Of a stretch of DNA of 64,000 bases, positions 13,254 to 24,863 are shown piece after piece. The DNA is from Octopus sinensis (lineage: Eukaryota). Location: positions 60,450,001 through 60,514,000 of the forward strand of contig NC_042998.1 of the NCBI RefSeq assembly GCF_006345805.1, in the 5' to 3' direction. The translations under genes and the position numbers were made by a program. Every line of letters starts with the position of its first letter. Positions within the stretch are counted from its first letter, which is position 1. The notes beneath the pieces are model-generated. The model was not told where the DNA came from. It searched no databases and worked only from the letters and a program-made list of their open reading frames with translations.

Positions 13254-16200
13254 GGCGTATTTTTGGATACGAGATTCATCTAAGCTCACCATCAGTTTTC
13301 CACCTGAATGTTCATTTACAGAAGAGACAGCTGGTTTACTTCACAGAGAAAAATGCACGTCAAGTCATTGAAAATCCAAAAGGGACTACGCTTACAGCAT
13401 TTTTTAAATTGTGTTCAGTTGATGAGTTTGCTGCTACTCTCATTTACCCTGAAGTACCGGAATATTACACATACAACAACAATAATTGGAAGCGCAGGTC
13501 ACATGGAACAGAACTTGACAATTGGCCCGGTTTTCTAGGAAGAACGTCATTGGGCGTGTGTATAATATTCATCCTACCAAACAGGAAATCTTTTGAGAGT
13601 GCTACTTCATGTAGTTACTGGACCGAAGTCTTTTGCTGATCTTCGCACGGTTGATGGTATCATCTGCGCCACTTACAGGGAAGCATGTTTGAGGGCGCGG
13701 ACTTCTTCTCAATGACGACCACTTACACAGGACATTAGCAAGGCCTCAAATTGTAAACTGCCATGGCAAATGCGTCGATTGTTTTGTAGCATATTAATCC
13801 ACTGTAATCCCAAACCCTCTTAACCTTTGGGAATCGTTCAGACAGAGCCTATCAAAGGACATACAGGCTAATTTAGCGCTACGTGATGGCAACGACGATG
13901 TTTATAATGAGGCATTAATCGACATGGACAGACACATCAGACGCTATGTTATACGCGGTTTAAGTGAATTCCATCTGCCAACACTGGTCCATCATGAAGC
14001 GCCTTTGGATGTTGAATACATGTCAGAAAAAAATACAACATTGCCGAATTGACGGAAACAACATTACGCGAGATGAACCAAGACTTTTGCCTGAACAAAG
14101 AGAGATTTATAATGAAATTATTGACAGCGTTAGATTGAACCAAGGAAAGCTTTTCTTTTTGAATGCTCCAGGTGGTACTGGTAAAACTTTCGTTATCAAT
14201 TTGATTCTCGCAAAGCTGCGCGCTGAACGTCGAATTGCCATTGCATGTGCCTCAAGTGGTATTGCAGCGACACTGCTTCAAGGCGGCCGTACGGCACATA
14301 GTGCATTCAAATTGCCCATGGACATTGGAAAGAAAGATAATCCTATATGTAATATAGATCGTAGTTCCTCAAGAGCAAGACTTCTTCGTGAATGCAGTCT
14401 TTTTATTTGGGATGAGGCTACAATGAGTAATAAGGCCATGTTTGAGGCTCTTGACAGAACTCTCCAAGATTTGCGTCGCAATACAAAAATAATGGGTGGA
14501 GCTACGTTTCTCATGGCAGGAGATTTTCGACAAACTCTTCCTGTTGTCCGAGCAGGCACTAGAGCCGATGAGGTTAATGCATGTATAAAGCATTCTTATG
14601 TGTGGCACAGTGTTATCAGTCACCATCTTCAAACAAACATGAGAGTCCACCTATAAGATCTTGGTGATGGAGTTTTGCCTTTCGTTGATGATGAGCATAT
14701 TCGGTTGCCTTTTGGGAATTTCCAAATGTAGAAGAACTTATAAGAGCCGTTTTACCTGACGTCGAAACGAACTTCCAGGATCTCGATTGGCTAAGAGCAA
14801 GAGCTATTCTATCGCCTCATAATACAACAGCTCATGCTACAAGTAAACATGTACTTGATATGAATCCTGGTGAGATAGTTTCTTTCATGTCCATCGATAC
14901 AAATAAAGATGAGAATGATGCAGTCAAATATCCACCCGAGCTACTCAACAAGCTAACACCTCCGGGACTTCCACCTCATCATTTGTGTTTGAAAGTTGGT
15001 GCTCCAATCATGGTGCTCAGAAATATGGAAACTCCTGAAATATGCAATGGAACCCGAATGGTTATTAGGAGGATTCAAAGCCATGTTATAACTGCTGAAA
15101 TTTTGAGTGGACCATTTGTAGGAACAATCAAAATGATACATAAAATGAGTATTTCATCCTCTGATGTTCCCATTCAGTTTAAACGCTTTCAATTTCCGAT
15201 AAAACTATGCTTCGCGATGACAATCAACAAGTCACAGGGACAATCACTGGACATTGTAGGCATTAACCGGTTTTCAGTCATGGTCAATTGTACGTAACCT
15301 GTTCTCGAGTTGGAAATCCACATAAACTCTTCATTCTTGGCAATCATGAGCGCACAAGGAACGTGGTTTATCAGGAGGCTCTGACAAAAGAAAACTGATT
15401 GTAAGTCATGAAATTTTGCTTGATGTTTTATTTTTCACCTCTTCATTATCTCTTCATTCTTGAAAATAAAGACATTAAAAAGAACATGGTTCATAAAGAA
15501 CATTGGGTTCAGATGTTTGCAAACATTTGATCCAACTCATTCTCTTTATTCCTCATTTTCCGATTCCTTCTACGTCTCCATTAAACGGTTTTGTCAAGTT
15601 ATTGTTTCTTCGCTAACATAAGACATTCATAAAGTGAATGAGTTGTTAATTACATTTTATACACAATTCCATTGTTTAGGTGGTGTCGAAAGGACTGGCA
15701 TGTGTCACCATATAAACTCTCTCAGTCAAACTCCCAACTCATGAGTTCACATCGTGATACTCTTTCTACAAAACTGAGCTGGGTGTGAATTCTAATTTCA
15801 TTCACTATTACAGATTTTTTAAATTTTGAAACAAACACATTGCCTCTTTCGTTTTAAAACAATAAAACAATACTACCTTAATACATTGGTCCAACAAACA
15901 AAACATCCAACATTCTCATTCTTTTATGTATCTGTCTTCCTCCATCACTCACTCACTTTTCTCCCTTCCTTTCACTTTCTATCTATAACGTCGTTTCACA
16001 GCGTCTACCTCCCTTACATTCACTTTCTCTTTATAACGTCGTTTCACAGCGTCCGTTATCCCCCCTCCCTGCCTTCCACAGCGCTTTCACACACTCTCAC
16101 TCTCTACATTTGTCTGCATTCATAGAGAGAATTATCATCACCACCACCACCACCACTCAATCATGACAACAAATATTATGAATCAGATATTTATTGGGTT

Positions 16201-16283
16201 AATTTATATATGTGTGTGTGTATCTATATATAAATATGTATATATAATAATTTTTATATATACAAAGTGCATATATCTGTATT

Positions 16284-16336
<53 letters not shown>

Positions 16337-16403
16337 ATTTGTATACATTTATATATATATACCACACTCTTACCCGCGCGTAGAGCGGGTCACCTTCAGC
16401 TAG
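13254..16403 (+). mobile_element. Helitron, 5'-truncated, with decayed RepHel (post-Rep region and Pif1 helicase) and intact 3' end
   Basis: RIFGYEIH..HLNVHL, APGGTGKT, ASSGIAATLLQGGRTAHSAFKLP, IWDEATM, GDFRQTLPV, CNGTRM, QFPIKLCFAMTINKSQGQSL. The 3' hairpin acccgc/gcgggt (16372-16390) is followed by CTAG (16400-16403) and then T. Confidence 0.93.
13964..15398 (+). pseudogene. Pif1-family SF1 helicase of the Helitron, with stops and frameshifts
   Basis: ORFs 13964-14656 and 14860-15297 carry successive helicase motifs in different reading segments. Confidence 0.9.
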
Positions 16404-16642
16404 TATATATATATATATATAAGTTTATGAATTTGCGGGAGATACATACATGTGTGTGTATGTGTGTGCGTGTGTGTGCGTGTATGTGTGTCTGTGTCTG
16501 TGCCTGTGTGTGTGTGTGTGTATGTATGTGTGTGTGGTGAACTCTTCGGTCGGAGACGACGTATGTTTATTCATCTTTTCTACTGAACGACCGGCACAAA
16601 TGATTTGCTTACAGTGATCAAATGTATGTGTTGAACACACAC

Positions 16643-16712
<70 letters not shown>

Positions 16713-17078
16713 AATAGAAGTTGAAAATGCACTGAGAATAGTTAAAATACTTTTTATCAAAATATTTGAAGCTTTAACCGGTTTCATAGTTTACATTGAT
16801 TTTCGAAAACTTTAAATATAAAGACGTGGCTTATGTTGCAACTGTCTTGCTTCTGACTAGTTTTTGAAGTTTGCCCTGTTTTTAAAGGAAGTTCATAGCT
16901 CAAATTATTGTATGTTTCTGCCATTTATCATGAGAGAGTTACACAGCTAACAACCTAAATTTTAACCATAGGACTACATACAAACGACTCTTGTCCACTC
17001 TTTCACCAGACAGATTAAATTTGAACTGTCTTAATTATAACTAAACATGTTCACTCAAAAGTGTCGGCCATCTTATAT

Positions 17079-17132
<54 letters not shown>

Positions 17133-17233
17133 CAGAGAGAGAGAGAGAGAAGGGGAGCAGCAATTCTGCGTTCGGAGAAATAGCATCTTATTTGTATCGT
17201 ATAATATATATATATACATATGTATATATATAC

Positions 17234-17772
17234 AGTGTACATTTAAATACATAAGAGGTATCCATCATAGGACTCCTTGCACGCTAGAGAGGACAGTTAA
17301 ATTCTAAACCACTATTAGTGATAAAATTTCGAAGGGAATTAAAAATATAAACATTTACAATCTAACTCCTGGACCAATGGTTTCAGACTTTATTTTAGCT
17401 TGCACGGTAGATTTGAAAAATTTGAATGTATAAGCACGGGGAATATTCTGGATTGCCTCATATATATATATTTAATCTAAGGTGTACCTGCTGAAGAAGA
17501 CTTCGCCTAGCAAATTATTTTATTTGCTAAAAAAAGTCTGAAACCAATGGTCCAGGAGTTAGATGGTAAATGTTTTTCTTTTTCATTCCCTTCAAAATTT
17601 TATCTCTAATAGTGGTTTGGAATTTAACTGTCCTCTCTAGCGTGCAAGGAGTCCTATAATGGATACCTCTTATGTGTTTAAATGTACACTATATTTATAT
17701 GAATAATATATAGTCTATTGACTAAATTTTTACACGCTAGACCACTGGTAATGAAAATTTCAAATATTTCTG
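17234..17772 (+). mobile_element. Fold-back PLE-type non-autonomous element in (TA)n
   Basis: Inverted arms at 17234-17399 and 17526-17690. The plus arm continues ~80 nt; hammerhead at 17487-17556. Confidence 0.8.
17487..17556 (+). ncRNA. Type I hammerhead ribozyme with canonical core and extended stem II
   Basis: cctg-CTGAAGA-agactt..tagcaaat/atttgcta..aagtct-GAAA-cca-a-tgg-TC-cagg, with a GUC triplet. Confidence 0.8.
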
Positions 17773-18304
17773 ATTATATATATATAATATATATATATAT
17801 AGAGAGAGAGAGGGGGGGGAGAAAGAAAGCTTGAGAGGAATTTGGTAACTATTCTCAGTAGATCGTTTGACTCACTGAGAATAGCAACTGCCCTCGTTAG
17901 CTGGAAGTCATAATTTTATACCATCCAAGTTAATCTGTATTCTCTTTATTATCATGCTCATAAAAATGTTGATGATCACCAATAATTACCTTCGTCACCA
18001 CCTTCCGCTGCAGTATAACGCGCGCAGTTATCTCAATTTTTATATCCGCTTATGCATGTTCGTTGAGAACAGATGTTTTCAGAGCATGTTTTGTAAGACC
18101 TGTCCAACGAAAACTTTAGCTGATACAACACTTTGCTTGAAGTGAGATAAGACGCAACCCGATTTATTATCGGACGAGGAGATTGTCAAACGTATATAAG
18201 ATTAATTTACAAAACAAGTTTCTTTATTATTTTATTTTATTTTTATTTTAGTTTCAGCAAGACATATGGTCAATTCTCAGGCCTCTCTTCCCGTCACATT
18301 ATAA

Positions 18305-18352
18305 ATGATTTTTCTTTCTAGTTTCTCATTGATATGTGCAACAATAAACAAG
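18305..18352 (+). CDS. Candidate signal-peptide exon of the chitinase (MIFLSSFSLICATINK); uncertain
   Basis: T-rich acceptor ..gtttcag at 18257, donor AAG|gtaaga at 18353 and a hydrophobic peptide. Its phase 0 end does not match the phase 1 CAG acceptor at 29969. Confidence 0.25.
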
Positions 18353-19699
18353 GTAAGAACAGCTTCAACAAATACTTTATAATGGCACAATCTAATCTAA
18401 ATATATTTGGCTAGTGCAAATGCATGACAGTCATTTGCAAGCATGTATTTGTAGGGGGAGATAGAATGACCGTGTATGAGTTGTTTTTGTTGTTGTTGCT
18501 ACTACTGCTGTAATTTTCTACTGCTTCATATGTATTGGGAGTAGATGTACAATGATAATTGATCATCTCCAGACTTCGTAACAACCACTACACCTGACCC
18601 TTGCCCCTCCAGCATGTCCACTCGCTAGAAATCCCCACCCTGCACATGATTTTATCCCTGCAGACGTCGACTTGCAACTGTTCGAGAGGAACGTTATCGG
18701 GGTCTCAGATGGCCTGCAAAGTAACAGGCACAGCCCCTGCCTCTAAACCAGACCAATAGAAGTAAGCAGACCTTTTGAATTACAGGGACAGTATATGCGG
18801 TCAATTTCCATGTATTTTCCATCTATTCAATTTCATTCACAATGCTTGAGTTGATTTGAGGTTAGCGACTTTAACACAGCGTAGGTCTGTTATCACTATA
18901 GGGACTGACGACTCCTCAGTCACTAGTCTAACACCCTATTGATCCAGCCCGCCTCCGGCAAATTTTATTGTTGACTGGGATTTTGAAAATGGAAATGTTG
19001 AATATTATTTTCCAAAAACTCGACACGAAGTTCAGTTCAAAACTACAGCTTGGGTTATTTTGTTAGAGTCAGAATGCTTTTGGTGAACCAAACACACCAT
19101 TCGATTCATCGATGAAGAGATTTTCCTTTACTTCTCTGCTGATAATGATCTTTGTAATATCCCAAATGGGTGAAACGAATGACAGGAGGTGACTGCGCTC
19201 ACTTTTCGAACGCCTATATCGTGCTGACTGAGATTATTTCAATTCCGATTTCGGAACATAATACCGCATGCTGAAAAAAATAGACAGCTCTGATAAAGGA
19301 TTAGTATAAGATATTTTCTAATAAATTTTCCACGACGTGTAAAGTTGCTAGAATACTATGCATTGTTCTTAATGTGAATGATTAATATACAGCATTAAAA
19401 GAAACACATACTTTATTATACCTCTGAATTTACCTGCAATAATAACGTTGTAAAACGATCTTAATACTTGTAACCAAAGTTTCTGTTGCTATAATTTATC
19501 ATGCAGCTCTTACTTAGAATTGTTATAGAAGTTTAAATGAAATTGTTGTAGAGACGGTAGCCGCTAGTCTTCCATAACGAGCAGTAATTAATCTCTCTTT
19601 TGGAAAACTAAATAATCCTGTAAATGATAATGAGTGTACATGTATATGAACATAATGGTTTGTTTTCAAATATGAATATGTATTTATGTAATCATATAT

Positions 19700-19789
<90 letters not shown>

Positions 19790-19850
19790 TGTGTGTGTAT
19801 GCACATATGTATGTATGTACATATATATATATATATATATATATAATATT

Positions 19851-19882
<32 letters not shown>

Positions 19883-19887
19883 ATGTG

Positions 19888-19948
<61 letters not shown>

Positions 19949-19995
19949 CACATATGTATGTATGTACATATATATATATATATATATATAATATT

Positions 19996-20032
<37 letters not shown>

Positions 20033-20068
20033 ATGCACGTATGAATGTATGTATATATATATAGATAT

Positions 20069-21245
20069 ATATGGTGCGGGGAATAAATTGTCGTCTAAAT
20101 TACGCAAAAATTAAAATAACATCTTATTTTAACAGATATATTTACCAAAATTACATAAAAGTATCTTGAAATACTAAAGAGTAAGTTTATGCAATACAAT
20201 CGACATTGGCTTCAACCACGGCCACCAGACGACTTCGGAATCTCCTGCAACTCTTCTGGGCGGTCTCCTTCTTTAAGCTGGTGAATGCTGCCATAATCCT
20301 TGCCTTCAGTTCGTCTTTGGTATTACAAGGAGTTTTGTTGGTCTCTCGCTCAACTTCGACCCACACATAATAATCAAGGGCGTTGCAGTCTGGGGAGTTA
20401 GGTGGCCAGATGTTAGGGGTGATATAATCACAGAAATTGTCTAACAGCCGTGACTGCTTTCTCCTGTTTGTGTGGCATGGTGCAGAATTCTGTTGCCAGA
20501 CGTGGTCTTCCAAAGGCCTCCCTCTTGACCCAGGGCAACACTACCTTCTCCAAGCACTTGATATAGGCCTCCGTGTTGAGGCTGAGGCCGTGTGGTAAGA
20601 TGAATTGAGGCATAACGTCGCCATCGCTACTGATCACTCCAAACAACATGATGTTGACTGGATGTTTGGTTTTTATCCTTCTCGGTACATGTTTTGGGGA
20701 CACGGCAAGCCAGCGATTGCTCTGTGTGTTCACCATCTGATCCTGGTTGAAATTTTTCTCGTCCGAGAAAAACCAAAGCATGTTCGGTTGAAGGAGATGC
20801 TTGAATTTCTTCAAAAGCTTCGTGGCGATGTCTTTCCTCTTCTCATTGATGGCTTGGGATAAAAGTTTGCCCTTTCTCATCTTGTAAGAAACTCAGACAC
20901 TCCTATGTCCCTGGCGATGAACCTGATTGACTTGGAGGGATCGTCGTCAATCATGGCCTGGATCTCACCAGCAAATTCAGTTCTTTTCTTATCAGAACGT
21001 TTAGAGCGAGTTTTCCGAGATGCCATACCTTACCTTCGTAATCACCATTAAACTCATTCAACTCTTTCCGAATGCTCTGTACTGTCCTCAGATTGACACC
21101 CAAACACTCTGAAATGTTCGTATGGCAGCTTCCAGAGCAAATGCCAAGAAGTACAGCATGTCCTTTCCACATTTCTGGCAGAGTGAATTGCGTCAAGGAG
21201 ACGATTCCCAGCTGACCTTACTATACTGTTTAGTAGACAAAATCA
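20069..21245 (-). mobile_element. Tc1/mariner DD37D (maT-like) transposon relic
   Basis: WFFSDEKNF, VWQQNSAPCH and WPPNSPDCNALDYYVW. There are 37 residues between the second (mutated to N) and third catalytic positions; three frameshifted ORFs. Confidence 0.88.
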
Positions 21246-21250
21246 AAAAC

Positions 21251-21517
21251 ATTAATAGAGGTCACAAAAGTGACAGAGGATACTGAGTAGCACGTTTTTT
21301 GCTAGAAATTGCGATTCGACTATGTACGCTGGGGACTAACCTCCCTTTGTCAGTCATTAGGTCCTGTGCTTCGTGGCATTTGAGTTATTGTAACTCTTAT
21401 TTCTAGCAAAAGAGGTCCTAGTCAGTACCCTCTGTCACTTCTATGAACTCTGTTAATTTTGCCTTTAGGTTCTAATTGCTAATAAGTCACCCTTTTTAAT
21501 GCGTTATAAATAAATAA

Positions 21518-21520
<3 letters not shown>
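21251..21520 (+). repeat. Fold-back element (arms 21251-21309 and 21399-21457) with ~60-nt tail
   Basis: aagtgacagaggatactga..ttttgctagaaat versus atttctagcaaaa..tcagtaccctctgtcactt. Confidence 0.7.
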
Positions 21521-21555
<35 letters not shown>

Positions 21556-21557
<2 letters not shown>

Positions 21558-21853
21558 AGGCGCAATGGCCCAGTGGTTAGGGCAGCGGACTCGCGGTCGT
21601 AGGAACGCGGTTTCAATTCCCAGACCAGGCGTTGTGAGTGTTTATTGAGCGAAAACACCTAAAAAAGCTCCACGAGGCTCCGGCAGGGGTGGTGATCCCT
21701 GCTGTACTCTTTCACCACTCTTTCTCCCACTCTTTTTTTCGTTGGCCTGCTCGCTTAGCCAGCGGGGTGGCGTCATTCGAAGGCTAAAACAATGCGTACG
21801 CATTGTGACCAGCGATGTGTATCAACGTCTGATGGTCTGGTCGGTCACGTGAT

Positions 21854-21860
<7 letters not shown>
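21556..21860 (+). mobile_element. tRNA-derived SINE family C with a different 3' tail
   Basis: Box A tggcccagtgg and box B ggtttcaattcc. The head is shared with the 7081 copy, and it also lies between (TG)n and (TA)n. Confidence 0.8.
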
Positions 21861-21893
<33 letters not shown>

Positions 21894-23269
21894 AAAAGTA
21901 CAAAATGGGACAGGAACGCAAAACATCCAGACAGTCAGGTAATACAAAAAAGGGACAACAAAGCATCCAGATAGACGATACAAAGAAAACGAGGACGGTT
22001 CATTCGAAGTTTTATTTCCTCAGTCGAGTTCCTGATAATCTTTGCTATTTCAGCTGGTTATACTCGAGATTGCTCCAATCTGGCCAGCTCCAAGGAAAAA
22101 CTAAGCTAAGAGCATTAGATTCCCTGGAAGAAAGCAGCGAATGTATACGAAAACAAGGACGGAAAAAACAGAGACTGTTACACAAATACAAATTACAGTG
22201 CATAGCAACAGGTGTCTTTCGGCTAAGGACGAATTAAATTTAGCTGGCGTATATATACAGATATATAAGTTAGAAGTATTAAAACCATCTAGGAGATAGA
22301 TGTATCCAGAGGTACTCCTGGTAATTACCTCAGTATAAATGGTCCTTGTTATAAGGTATACGGTAGTAGGTAATTTAAAAGGTAAACCGTAGTTTAATGT
22401 ATATATAAACGATAAGAAAATGGAGAAGTAAATAACAATGAGAAGTGGATCTTTGGTATTATAAAGCCATTATTTAATTAATTAAGATGAGAGTATGTTA
22501 GAGTAAGTTTACAGCTGTCTCCGTGTATCAGGCTGGGGTAGATATGTATTTTACCTCGTTGCAATTAATAGATATCATCAGAACGAAAAAGGCAAAGGTT
22601 AACAAAAGAGAATAGAGAGAAAGAAAGTGTAAGGAAAGGACAGGAAAAAGAAAATGTTCAATAATTCAATAGTCTTACGTTTTACTTAGGTTCAAAGTTC
22701 AATAAAGCAGTTGTAGGATAGATGAGAAGAGAGTTAGTTGAATCTAAGGTCTCATAATTAATTATTAACATAGCCTACACATGTCCGCATGTTCGGCTAG
22801 TTGACGCCGGTGTAACGTTCTATGAACCTATATAACACTAATTTATAGGTTGTAAGTTAGTTCGTATATTTTCAATGGAAGCCGCAATATATGGGTAAAG
22901 TTTATATCTAGAATTTGTAATATAGAGTTTAAATGGACTACGTACCGGAATAATGTACAGGTTTGAAGAGTGCATAGAAAAAGGATAAGATCGAAAGGGG
23001 AAATTTATCGCGTGTAAAAAGAGTTGGTAGTCTAGCTCTCGACAAATTAAATTATAGGAAAATAGTAAGCTAGCGTAGGATGTAGAATAAATATAAAGTT
23101 CTGTAATTAATTTATAATGTGGGTTGGAGTTAAGTAAGCTAATTGGTGTGTAGGGAGGTTAAAGGGAGGTAATACGGGGTTAAGTAGGTTTGCAAATAAC
23201 ATTTAAAATAGAGGGCAGCGGTATACAAAGGGTAAGGCGGGTTTATCGATACTTTGAGAATACGAATTC

Positions 23270-23700
23270 GACTTTATGCAAACAAAAATTATCATTTTCA
23301 CGTCTCCTATTAAGTAGAGGTGATTTAGCCATTAAAATGAATAGCTCTTCGTTTATACAGAGTTCACAGCGCTTATTGTTAATGCTATGCTAGGAAGGTT
23401 TGGTTAGAATACGCCATTCTAAACTGTAGCTGATATTTTTATCTTTCAATTCCCAGATGTAGCTACTCAGTCCTGTAGAGTTCGCTTTACTTCCATTTCT
23501 GAAACTAGATTGGTGGGAATTGTATCTAAGTATCATTTCGTTTTTAGTTGCTCCTTTATAAGATTTCTTATGGTTATTTGCGAGTACATCACATTGGTAT
23601 ATTACATTTTAGTTTTACAAATATTGGAGAATTGACACTTGTTTTTATCTCTGCAGCTACATGAATTATTAAATTTATCTGTGCGTTTGTTGTGTTGAGG
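23270..23700 (-). pseudogene. Naiad-like PLE GIY-YIG endonuclease remnant
   Basis: CSCRDKNKC (CxCx5C), VIYQCDV..SYKGAT, RYNSHQSSF, TGLSSYIWELK, CELCINEE, LLNRRRE. Confidence 0.8.
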
Positions 23701-24090
23701 AGAGTTATTATTTATCAGGTAGTTCTCCGTGCAATTTGAGGGCGAGCTATTAGGGATGACATTTACTATATCTGTCGACTGGTTGCTATGTTTTATGTTG
23801 TTATTTTTCCTAGTTTCATATATAAAATGATTCCAGCAGTATACATATGTATTTACACACACATACGCACACACACACACATACGTATTTTTATATATTC
23901 TTGTAAAATCTCTTCTTTCAGATGTCACTCCGAACACTTGTGATTGTATTGTGCAGTTTATACTTGGCAGGTAAATACTTTGGTTAATTTCCATTTCTAC
24001 ATATATGAAGATGAAACAATTGTTGTGGTAATAAATTCTTCTTCTTTTTATTATTTTTTTTTTGTACATTCCGTCTTCTCTATCAATCTT

Positions 24091-24156
<66 letters not shown>

Positions 24157-24360
24157 AGTAAATGGTGGGGTTGTGTTAACCGCACGTGGAGAAATGATAG
24201 GAAAGGAAAAAATAATTAATAATAATAAGACAGAATGCTAAACTGAAAGCAATATGCTCTAAAGCATAGACCACTAATGTATTAAGAGTAATTGAATTTA
24301 CATCAGGTCAAGCGAAATCATTGGTCACTCAATGACCGAACATAGACTCAATTACTTTTA

Positions 24361-24423
<63 letters not shown>

Positions 24424-24617
24424 TGTGTATGTGTGTGTGTGTGTATGTGTGTGTGTGTGTTTATTCGTATGTATGTATGATGTATGTATGTATGTATGTA
24501 TTATGTATGTATGTGTGCATGCATGCATGCATATATGTATGTATATGTATGTAGGTAGGGATGGAGGGAGGGGGTAGATAGGTATGTATATATAATATAT
24601 ATATATACACATATCTA

Positions 24618-24653
<36 letters not shown>

Positions 24654-24860
24654 ATTCTTATACTAGAATTTTCTTGACATCGACTTCGATGTTTCGGCCA
24701 GCTGACCCATCATCAGACTGTCCGATGATGAATTCGTAGGTCGAAACTTCGAAGTGACTGTCAATAACATTCTTGTATAAGAATGATAAATTTGTAGTCT
24801 TCTAAAGTATAGTGTAACTCATCAGATTAATGTGAAATTGTTTTTACCATAACTTTGGTG
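24654..24860. mobile_element. Fold-back PLE tail with two back-to-back hammerhead-like motifs
   Basis: Minus 24676-24722 reads gacagt-CTGATGA-tg-ggtc(agct)ggcc-GAAA-catcgaag-TC. Plus from 24722 reads CCGATGA..GAAACTTCGAAGT-g-actgtc. Arms at ~24654-24721 and 24722-24785. Confidence 0.65.
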
Positions 24861-24863
24861 AAT

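Noticed and set aside
21895-22250. PLE-like tail with CTGAGGA on the minus strand and a 126-aa plus-strand ORF
   Set aside because: The core elements cannot be arranged with paired stems, and the ORF has no recognisable motif.
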